Assembly: GCA_964449235.1 (NCBI GenBank)
Contig: CAYVAX010000001.1
Span: forward strand, 20,814-84,813
Direction of reading: 5' to 3'
Source: an uncultured Candidatus Saccharibacteria bacterium
GTDB taxonomy: Bacteria; Patescibacteriota; Minisyncoccia; RBG-13-40-8-A; JAUWHN01
DNA: 64,000 nt
The notes below the pieces were generated by a model. The model saw only the letters and a program-made list of their open reading frames with translations, was not told the DNA's origin and searched no databases. Shown here one piece after another: positions 10,202 through 18,090 of this stretch. Each line of letters opens with the position of its first letter. Within the stretch, counting starts at the first letter, position 1. The translations under genes were made by a program, and so were the position numbers.

Positions 10202-10360
10202 GATATTATCCACAGGGGTGGGATTTTTTATTCTTATTTTATATGGTAAAATTATGATAGAATCGTATAATGTTGGAGAATATAGCAACACAGTGAGAAA
10301 TTTATAAAATTTAACCGTTAAGAACGGTAGATTTAAATATTTATGTGGAATAATTTATTT

Positions 10361-10504
<144 letters not shown>

Positions 10505-10527
10505 ATTTCGCCAAAATTTTAATTTGG

Positions 10528-10560
10528 AGCCGATTTAACTTTGGTTAAGTTGGTTTTTTT
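10528..10560 (+). terminator. Leader terminator/attenuator hairpin upstream of surface-protein operon
   Basis: AGCCGATTTAAC-tttg-GTTAAGTTGGTT (3 G-U pairs), T7 run at 10554-10560, 12 nt before ATG 10573. Confidence 0.55.
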
Positions 10561-10572
10561 ATTATTTCAGCG

Positions 10573-11580
10573 ATGATTAATTTAAAGAAATTTTTAAGAA
10601 TTGGTTTTATATTTTTAATAATAGTGGCTTGGATTTATTCCGGCTGGCCGAGGATTTGGCAAGAACCATCAGTTCCGCCGAAAATTCAAGAAGTATGGGC
10701 AGACACTGCTTATTATGACCCAACTTCTGATGTTGCAACTGGATGGACCTGTAGCGGAACAGACTGCGGAACAGGTCATTACGCAGTTTTAGACGATGGT
10801 ATTAGACAATCTAATACGCCAAGCACAAGCGATGATTATATTAGTCAAGATTCTAACGACGGATATACCGATGAACATTCAGTAAGCTCGGTTAGCGAAA
10901 GCAATATTAATTATATTACTCTCTGGGTATATGTTTCTACGGGCAGCGATCATCAAATGAACATAAGTTTTCAAAACGATGGTTCGGAAGTTGCGTCAAA
11001 AACAGTAAATCCAGGCACTGCTGAGTCTTGGGTGTATGCTACCTGGGACAGTCCTTCAAGTATCGGGACTTTAACAGCAGAATTTACTAGCACAAAAAAC
11101 GGAGCAGGTCAACCGCAACAGGGATATGTCTATGCTTGGTATATTGAAGTAGATTATACTGCTGCGGCAAATGTTTCTGTATCTGTTTCTGACGGCATCG
11201 TTGCTTATGGCACAATGGCAGAAAATACATCAAAAAGCACTTTGGATTTAACTGATACGCAAACAGCTACCAATGATGGGGATGTAACTGAAGATTTTAA
11301 TATTAAGGGCCAGGATGCTACTGGAGGAGGATGCACTTGGACTTTGGCTTCAACCAACGGCTCTGATCAGTATGTTCACGAATTTTGCAATGACACTGAT
11401 TTAGATTGTTCATCTCCACCGACAAATTATACTGCCTTAACCACTTCTTATCAGGTATTAGATACGGGGATTGCGGCAAGCGGCACAGTTGATTTTCAGC
11501 TGTACCTTACCACGCCCAATCCATCAAGTTGTTATGGTGAGCAGTCAGTTGATGTTACTGTCCAAGCGGTTCAACAATAA
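10573..11580 (+). CDS. Secreted two-domain protein; putative fibre tip/adhesin
   Basis: Signal-like N-terminus, acidic Ser/Thr-rich beta domain, C-terminal ~135 aa clearly homologous to the next gene. Confidence 0.6.
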   Translation: MINLKKFLRIGFIFLIIVAWIYSGWPRIWQEPSVPPKIQEVWADTAYYDPTSDVATGWTCSGTDCGTGHYAVLDDGIRQSNTPSTSDDYISQDSNDGYTDEHSVSSVSESNINYITLWVYVSTGSDHQMNISFQNDGSEVASKTVNPGTAESWVYATWDSPSSIGTLTAEFTSTKNGAGQPQQGYVYAWYIEVDYTAAANVSVSVSDGIVAYGTMAENTSKSTLDLTDTQTATNDGDVTEDFNIKGQDATGGGCTWTLASTNGSDQYVHEFCNDTDLDCSSPPTNYTALTTSYQVLDTGIAASGTVDFQLYLTTPNPSSCYGEQSVDVTVQAVQQ

Positions 11581-11668
11581 AAAACGACGATTGGAAACTT
11601 CTTTGGTAAAAAGATAAAAATTAAAGGTCGAGCCAAAGGTTAAAAATTAAATTAACAAATTAAATTAA

Positions 11669-12181
11669 ATGTTTATGAAAAAATTATTTGCGACAATCGG
11701 CATTCTAACAATGATTGGGATGGTTGTTGCCGTAGGTGTAGGCGCGGCAGATGAAGCAACAGTTACAGCAACGGTAACGGTGCAGAACATTTCTGTTTCT
11801 GTTTCTGACGGAACCGTGCCGTATGGAACATTAGGACTAGATTCAACAGAAAATACTTGTGATTTGCCTGATACTCAAACTGCTACTAATGATGGTAATG
11901 TTACTGAAGATTTTAACATTAGAGGGCAAAATTCTACTGATGGTTGGACATTGGCTGCTACCGCAGGAAGCGATCAATATGTTCATAACTTTTTTGCTTC
12001 TAGTGACAGCTGTGGCGACGGAACCGGAACGGCTCTAACTACCAGCTCTACAGAACTAACTTCAGGTGTAGCAGTAGATGGCACTTATGATTTTGACCTG
12101 GAAGTTAATACCCCCACTTCTACAAGTTCTTACGACGAGCAATCAATTGATGTGACAGTTCAAGCGGTTGCCAGCAGCTAA
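11669..12181 (+). CDS. Small secreted beta-rich protein; putative major fibre subunit (WxL-like)
   Basis: Signal peptide ending VGA/A, alternating N-terminal strand ATVTATVTV, GWTL motif, no anchor. Confidence 0.6.
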   Translation: MFMKKLFATIGILTMIGMVVAVGVGAADEATVTATVTVQNISVSVSDGTVPYGTLGLDSTENTCDLPDTQTATNDGNVTEDFNIRGQNSTDGWTLAATAGSDQYVHNFFASSDSCGDGTGTALTTSSTELTSGVAVDGTYDFDLEVNTPTSTSSYDEQSIDVTVQAVASS

Positions 12182-12224
12182 TTTGAGAAAGGTTGAATAA
12201 TTGATTAATTTATTTTAAGGGTTT

Positions 12225-12839
12225 ATGAAAAAAGCCATAGTTGTAATTTTATTTGTGGCGCTATTTTTGCCCATTTTGGCATTTGCCAGAATCGGAGTTG
12301 GCGTTGGCACAGGGAAAATAGTGGTTGACCAACCGTTAAAACCCGGTCTTATTTACACCTTGCCGTCTTTATCGGTTTTAAACACAGGCGACGAGCCGGG
12401 AGAATACGAAGCTTCTATTGAATATCACGAAGGCCAGGAAACAAGAGATGATATGGGTTTGAAGCCGGCAAAAGAATGGTTTAGTTTTGAACCGGCTAAT
12501 TTCCATTTGGAACCGGGCCAATCCCAGCAAGTCCAAATTAAATTGTCTTTGCCGATTAAGGGCGTAAAGCCCGGAACTTATTTTGCCTACCTTGAGGGAC
12601 ACCCGGTTCAAAAAGATGTGACAGGCCAAACAAGAATTGGCGTGGCGGCCGCGGCAAAACTTTATTTTACTGTTGCGCCGGCTAATATCTTTCAGGGAAT
12701 TTATTATCGGTTTATCAGTTTGTATTCCCGTTATCATCCCTGGGACACTATAGTTCTGGTGTTTATTTTACTTGCCATTGCGTTTCGGTTTGTCAGCAAG
12801 CGCTTCAAATTTCAGATTGCGAAAAAATCCCGGCAGTAG
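12225..12839 (+). CDS. Membrane-anchored Ig-fold protein, DUF916/PapD-chaperone-like
   Basis: Signal peptide, V.NTGD.P, EWFSFEP..F.LEPGQSQQV.I, PGTY, C-terminal TM plus basic tail. Confidence 0.6.
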   Translation: MKKAIVVILFVALFLPILAFARIGVGVGTGKIVVDQPLKPGLIYTLPSLSVLNTGDEPGEYEASIEYHEGQETRDDMGLKPAKEWFSFEPANFHLEPGQSQQVQIKLSLPIKGVKPGTYFAYLEGHPVQKDVTGQTRIGVAAAAKLYFTVAPANIFQGIYYRFISLYSRYHPWDTIVLVFILLAIAFRFVSKRFKFQIAKKSRQ

Positions 12840-12886
12840 AACGCTATCACGTTCACTGCGCGGCAAGTAGATTTTTATTAGAATGA

Positions 12887-13888
12887 ATGAAACAAGAAAT
12901 TTATATAACAGCAATAATTTTTGTTGTATTTTCCGCAATTATAGGGGGAGGATTTTTAAGTTTTTCGCCAGCTGTTGCAGAAGAATCAACTACTGTTGAA
13001 GCGACCGCTAAAATTTCGATTTGCGGAAATGATGTTGCAGAAGGCGGGGAACACTGCGACAATGAGGATCTAAAAGGAAAAGCTTGCTCAGATTTAGGGT
13101 TTAGCAGTGGAGATTTGTCCTGTTCCGGTTCCTGCGAATTTATAACTTCTGCCTGCACCACAAGCGCAGAAGCAACAGATGAAACCGACTTTACTTCTTC
13201 TTCTGGCGGCGAAACCACTATTACCAATAACAGCAATCAAATAAAAATTACGCTGTCGGAAAATTTTTATACTGCCGATGTAAGATTACATGGTTTTTCC
13301 TACGCAAATAATTATTTTTCTTCCAGCAAGCCCGCTCTTTCAGGTAAAAGTTTCATCGGCAAAACCTATGACCTTGTTTTTATAGACACAAGCGCGAATG
13401 CGCTCTCAACGCTTTCTCAGTCGGCCACTCTTGTTTTAACATACACTGACGCAAATGTAAGCGGAATAAACGAAAGCTCTTTGGCGCCGTATCAATGGGG
13501 AAGCAGTGATTCATCGTGGCAATTGATTTCCGGAGCAACGGTTAATACAACAGACAACACAGTTACTTTTTCCACTGCTCAATTCAGCTCTTTTGCGCTT
13601 TTTGGAGAAGAAGAAGAGGAGGAAGAAGAGGAATCGTCTGGAGGAGGAGGAGGCGGAGGAAGCATTTCAAGAAGGACTCCTGAAATAGTTCCCAAACCCA
13701 AACCAAAGCCCGAGTCCAAGCCAAGTCCGGATTTTAATAAGGATAGCAAGGTGAATATCGTTGATTTAAGCATTATGCTTTATTGGTTTGGGAAAACAGG
13801 GCCGGAGATTATCCTTTATGACTTGCGCCAGGACAATAAAATAGACATTGCCGATGTTTCCATTCTTTTTTATTACTGGAAGGACTAA
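12887..13888 (+). CDS. Secreted protein with Cys-rich module, beta domain, E/G/PK linker and C-terminal dockerin-like domain
   Basis: CGNDVAEGGEHCD; duplicated Ca-binding loops DFNKDSKVNIVDLSIM and DLRQDNKIDIADVSIL. Confidence 0.75.
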   Translation: MKQEIYITAIIFVVFSAIIGGGFLSFSPAVAEESTTVEATAKISICGNDVAEGGEHCDNEDLKGKACSDLGFSSGDLSCSGSCEFITSACTTSAEATDETDFTSSSGGETTITNNSNQIKITLSENFYTADVRLHGFSYANNYFSSSKPALSGKSFIGKTYDLVFIDTSANALSTLSQSATLVLTYTDANVSGINESSLAPYQWGSSDSSWQLISGATVNTTDNTVTFSTAQFSSFALFGEEEEEEEEESSGGGGGGGSISRRTPEIVPKPKPKPESKPSPDFNKDSKVNIVDLSIMLYWFGKTGPEIILYDLRQDNKIDIADVSILFYYWKD

Positions 13889-13915
13889 TGAAATTTTTAA
13901 TGTTCAATTTTTAAT

Positions 13916-16729
13916 ATGCCAATAGCGTTATCTAAAAAATTAATTGCTTTAACACTTTTATTTTTTTCTGTTTTTATAACTTTATTGCCTGTTTGCGCGC
14001 AGGCAAGTGCTGTTTCCGTGGATATTAATTTAAGCGCAAATAATGTCGCGGCGGGATCAGAAGTGGAAGTAAGAATATTAATGACATCTCGCGAACCAGC
14101 AAACGCTTTTGATGTTACTTTGAAATATTCGCCAGAGATTTTTGAGCTTAGCCGGGCTTCAACCCAGCGTTCTATTGTTTCTTTTTGGAAATCTCTTCCC
14201 TTGGAAGATAAGGAGGGAGTGATACGATTTATTGGCGGAATGATTGAGCCGTTTTCAGGCAAAAACGGCGAGATTATAACCTTAGTTTTTAGGACTCGCG
14301 ATTTTGGTTCTGCTGATTTTGCAATTAAAAAAGCGGATTTTGCTTTAGCTGACGGTAAAGGTACGCTTGTTCGGGCAGGAGAAGCACGTTCTGGCGTTAT
14401 TGTTGCAGAAAGAGGTCAGCTAGCAAGCTCGGATCTTAAACCGTCTGCTCCGCAAATTTCTGAAGCAATAGTAACTAAGGACTCTGCCACCAGTAATCCA
14501 ATTATTTTAATAAAAACCCTAGATGACGGCGGAGTGAAAGAAATACTTGTGCGCAGCCGTTCATGGTTCTTATGGAGCGATTGGCAAAAAGCGCAATTGA
14601 CAGCCTCGATTCCAAAATACGCCTGGGCAATTCAACTTAAAGCATTTAACTGGGAAGGCAAGGAAGCCGAAACTATTGTATATCGCTGGCACATTATGGC
14701 ATTGAAATTTTTAGCAATTCTCGCTGCTTTAGCTGTTTTATGGTATATAGTACGGCGATTCGCAAAGAAGCGTGTTGTAATTGCGTTGGCAATTATTTTG
14801 GCGGGAATTGCGTTTTCAGGAACCGCCAACGCGGCTGTTATTTCCTTAAGTCCGGCAAGCGGAACTTTTCATGTTGGAGGCACTTTTGAAGCGCAAATCC
14901 TGCTTGACACTGAAGGCGAGAGCGTAAACGCTTTGGATATGCATTTGCTTTTTCCGCCGGATAAACTTCAGGTTGTTTCTTCTGGTGCTGGAAAATCCAT
15001 TGTAGATATTTGGACTAGCACTCCGAGATTTGACAATCAGCAGGGGAAAATATCTCTATCAGGAGGAATACCAAATGGTACTTTAGTGAATAAAGGGCTG
15101 ATTGCAACAATTGTTTTTCGAGTGAGGCAAGTTGGAAGCGCAGCAGTACGTTTTAGTGATGATACTCGCATTCTTTTGAACGACGGCAAAGGCACAGATA
15201 CTCTGCGGAAAACTCAAGGCGCTGTATATCAGATTGTTCTTCCAGCTCCGGCAGGGCCGATTGTGGCTTCTGAAACTCATCCCGACCAAACGCAATGGCA
15301 TGCTGTTTCAGATGTTATTTTGCGCTGGACAGCGCTATCCGCGGTTGGCGGCTACAGTTACATATTGGATAATTCTCCTATGACTGTTCCTGATAATATA
15401 GTGGATTCCACGAAAGATTCCGTCTTTTATAAAGATTTGTCATCAGGCACGCATTATTTTCATATTAAAGCCCAAAATTCCGACAATGCATGGGGTGGCA
15501 TAACTCATTTTGCAATAAATATTGACATTAATCCTCCCGCTAAATTTCCAATAGAAGTCCAGACCAGCCAACGCACCACTAGCCGGAACGTGGTATTTTC
15601 TTTTTCAACCACTGATGCTCATTCCGGCATTGATAAATATGAATATCAAATTATTCCTTTGCAACCCGCAAGCGTTGAACAGGGTTCTTTTTTCTTTGTA
15701 GAAACGCAGAGTCCTCAGGCGATGAATTTAGATATCGGAACATACGATATTATTGTAAGGGCGTACGACAAAACAGGCAATTTTCAAGAAAGCCAGGCAA
15801 GAGTACGAATAATGACGCCATTTGTATTTTGGGCTACTAACAAATATCTTTTAGGGGGTTTGCTTCTGCTTGTGATTTTATTTGCTGTTATAGCTCGGAG
15901 AATTTATGTTCGTCACCGCGAAATTGAGAAAAAACGAGACCAAAAAGAAATGCCCGATTCAGTGCAAAAAAAACTTAAGGATCTTGATAAATATCAGAAG
16001 AAATACGGTGCTTTGGTTCTTTTAATTTTAATTTTATTTGGGTCTTTATTGTTTGTGCCACAGGTCAGTGCGCAATCTTCGGAACTTGCTCCGCCAATTA
16101 TCACCACAGCGCCGCAACATATTTCCAATGAAGAAATTTTTTACCTCGGAGGCACAGCAGGTCTACCAAATGCAAAAATCATTATTTATATACAGAACTT
16201 GAGCACTGGCGAGATATTCAGTTATTCGGAGACTGCCGGAGAGAAAGGAGAATGGTTTTATCGTCACCCCTCGTTCCTTTCCGAAGGGAAATATATGATT
16301 TGGGTTCAATCCATGCTGGGAGATATGGTTAGTCCGCCAAGCCCTCAAATTAATGTTAGGGTTGTTTCGACAGCCATTCAATTTGGGGCCTCACGGTTGA
16401 GCTATGAAATGTTTTATTTACTGTGCGCCTTGATTCTGCTGGTAGCGCTTCTGGGTCTTTTAGCGTTTATTGTATTTCATGCCAAAAGCGGTCGGAAAAA
16501 ACGCAAAATGTTAATGAAAGAAATTCGTGAGGCCGAAAGAGCAGTGAAATCAGGATTTGATAAACTTAGGCATGATATTAAGGTTGAGCTAGCAGTAATC
16601 AAAAGAGCCAAGCTAAGCAAGGAGTTGTCCCGCGAGGAAGAAAAGAAAGAAAAACATCTACTTAAAGACCTGAAAGCAATTGAGCGCCATATTAGCAAAG
16701 AGGTGGAAGATGTGGAGAGAGCTGCTTGA
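13916..16729 (+). CDS. Multi-pass membrane protein with two cohesin-like domains and Ig/FN3-like domains
   Basis: Two cohesin-like repeats (G..FEV.I....E..NA.D..L.Y/FP....SIV..W....G.I.F.GG....G.I.T.VFR...G.A...F...L.DGKGT) and several TM segments. Confidence 0.75.
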   Translation: MPIALSKKLIALTLLFFSVFITLLPVCAQASAVSVDINLSANNVAAGSEVEVRILMTSREPANAFDVTLKYSPEIFELSRASTQRSIVSFWKSLPLEDKEGVIRFIGGMIEPFSGKNGEIITLVFRTRDFGSADFAIKKADFALADGKGTLVRAGEARSGVIVAERGQLASSDLKPSAPQISEAIVTKDSATSNPIILIKTLDDGGVKEILVRSRSWFLWSDWQKAQLTASIPKYAWAIQLKAFNWEGKEAETIVYRWHIMALKFLAILAALAVLWYIVRRFAKKRVVIALAIILAGIAFSGTANAAVISLSPASGTFHVGGTFEAQILLDTEGESVNALDMHLLFPPDKLQVVSSGAGKSIVDIWTSTPRFDNQQGKISLSGGIPNGTLVNKGLIATIVFRVRQVGSAAVRFSDDTRILLNDGKGTDTLRKTQGAVYQIVLPAPAGPIVASETHPDQTQWHAVSDVILRWTALSAVGGYSYILDNSPMTVPDNIVDSTKDSVFYKDLSSGTHYFHIKAQNSDNAWGGITHFAINIDINPPAKFPIEVQTSQRTTSRNVVFSFSTTDAHSGIDKYEYQIIPLQPASVEQGSFFFVETQSPQAMNLDIGTYDIIVRAYDKTGNFQESQARVRIMTPFVFWATNKYLLGGLLLLVILFAVIARRIYVRHREIEKKRDQKEMPDSVQKKLKDLDKYQKKYGALVLLILILFGSLLFVPQVSAQSSELAPPIITTAPQHISNEEIFYLGGTAGLPNAKIIIYIQNLSTGEIFSYSETAGEKGEWFYRHPSFLSEGKYMIWVQSMLGDMVSPPSPQINVRVVSTAIQFGASRLSYEMFYLLCALILLVALLGLLAFIVFHAKSGRKKRKMLMKEIREAERAVKSGFDKLRHDIKVELAVIKRAKLSKELSREEEKKEKHLLKDLKAIERHISKEVEDVERAA

Positions 16730-16759
16730 CAAGATTTTATATAATGTTAAACTGATAAC

Positions 16760-16852
16760 AGTCGTAGACAGTGGGCAATTTTTTGCATAAGTCCCGCCGA
16801 GACAATAATTAATTTTAGATTCTAATTTTTAGACTCTAATTCGTCTGCGACT
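16760..16852 (+). promoter_or_regulatory. L10 leader (ribosomal protein autoregulatory RNA)
   Basis: AGACAGTGGG...TAAGTCCCGCCGAG core; outer stem AGTCGTAGAC/GTCTGCGACT; directly upstream of rplJ. Confidence 0.8.
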
Positions 16853-16868
16853 ATGCAGACATTTTTTT

Positions 16869-17381
16869 ATGCTAAACAAACAACAAAAAAAACAATTAGT
16901 AGAAGAACTATCTGATAAACTCAAACGTCAAAATATTTTGATTTTTACTGATTTTAGGGGATTAAAGGTGGATGAGATGCAAGAACTGAGAGAAAAGCTC
17001 AGGGAAGCGGATGGTGAGTATAAGGTGGCCAGAAAAACATTAATAAAGTTGGCTCTAGAAAAAGCAGACAAGGAAATGGATATGAATCAGTTTGAAGCTT
17101 CTCTAGCTTTGACTTTTGGTTTTTCAGACCCGATTATTCCTACTAAAATCATCAGTAAATTTTCCAAAGAGCATAAAGAGTTAGGCGTTTTAGGAGGAAT
17201 GATGGATGACAAGGTTTTAAGCGCAGAAGAAATTAAAGAACTGGCCAAGATTCCTTCTCAGGAAGAATTATTAGCAAAATTAGTAGGCAGCATTAAATCT
17301 CCAATCAGTGGATTTGTTAATGTCTTAAAGGGTAATATTAGAAACTTAATTGGTGTATTAAGCGCAATAGATAATAAATAA
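16869..17381 (+). CDS. rplJ: 50S ribosomal protein L10
   Basis: DFRGLKV..M.ELR, KVARKTL, LAKIPS.EELLAKLVG. Confidence 0.95.
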   Translation: MLNKQQKKQLVEELSDKLKRQNILIFTDFRGLKVDEMQELREKLREADGEYKVARKTLIKLALEKADKEMDMNQFEASLALTFGFSDPIIPTKIISKFSKEHKELGVLGGMMDDKVLSAEEIKELAKIPSQEELLAKLVGSIKSPISGFVNVLKGNIRNLIGVLSAIDNK

Positions 17382-17460
17382 GCAACTTCTTAATTTTGGG
17401 ATTTGTCAGCTTCATTTAATAACGGGCTGACAAGCTAATTCTTAAGAAGTTAATATAAAA

Positions 17461-18018
17461 ATGGCTGAAGAAAAAAAAGACGAACAAAAAAAAGCTTCTG
17501 AAGAAGCTGGACAAGAAAAGACTGAGGAGTCTAAACAAAAGCCTGAGCAAAAAGAACCTAAAAAAGAAGAGCCCAAGCAGGAATCAAAAAAAGAAGAAAA
17601 AAAAGTAGCTGATAAGGCGGAAAACAAAGAAGTGAAAGTACCGGCTAAATTTAAAAAATTGGTTGACGAAATTGAGCAAATGAGTGTTTTGGATTTAGCA
17701 GAATTGGTTAAACTTTTGGAAGAAAAATTTGGAGTTAGTCCTATGGCCGCAGTAGCAGCTCCAGCAGCAGGAACAGCAGGCAGTGGAGAAGAGGAAGGTG
17801 AAGAAAAAAGTGTTTTTAACATTGAACTAAAAGATGCAGGCGCTAAAAAGATTGACGTTATTAAAGCGCTTCGAAAAATCATGGACAAAGGATTAAAAGA
17901 AGTCAAGGGATTAGTTGATGATGCGCCTCAGGTTGTAAAAGAAAATGTTAAAAAGGAAGAGGCTGAAGAAATTAAGAAAAAGCTAGAAGAAGCAGGAGCA
18001 ACTGTAGAATTGAAATAA
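17461..18018 (+). CDS. rplL: 50S ribosomal protein L7/L12 with E/K-rich N-terminal extension
   Basis: [39 protein letters not shown]. Confidence 0.95.
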   Translation: MAEEKKDEQKKASEEAGQEKTEESKQKPEQKEPKKEEPKQESKKEEKKVADKAENKEVKVPAKFKKLVDEIEQMSVLDLAELVKLLEEKFGVSPMAAVAAPAAGTAGSGEEEGEEKSVFNIELKDAGAKKIDVIKALRKIMDKGLKEVKGLVDDAPQVVKENVKKEEAEEIKKKLEEAGATVELK

Positions 18019-18040
18019 TATATTTAATTTCTTGTTAATC

Positions 18041-18066
18041 AAAAAAGCCGTATTTACGGCTTTTTT
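18041..18066. terminator. Bidirectional terminator
   Basis: AAAAAAGCCGTA-tt-TACGGCTTTTTT between convergent genes. Confidence 0.85.
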
Positions 18067-18090
18067 GCTATTATTAATACAATCTAAGAT

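Noticed and set aside
10206-10360. Replication origin in the AT-rich spacer
   Set aside because: Only one DnaA box, no dnaA nearby, and gene orientation indicates a terminus-proximal region
12887-16729. Cellulosome
   Set aside because: Cohesin and dockerin are present but no catalytic carbohydrate-active domain is recognisable in the locus
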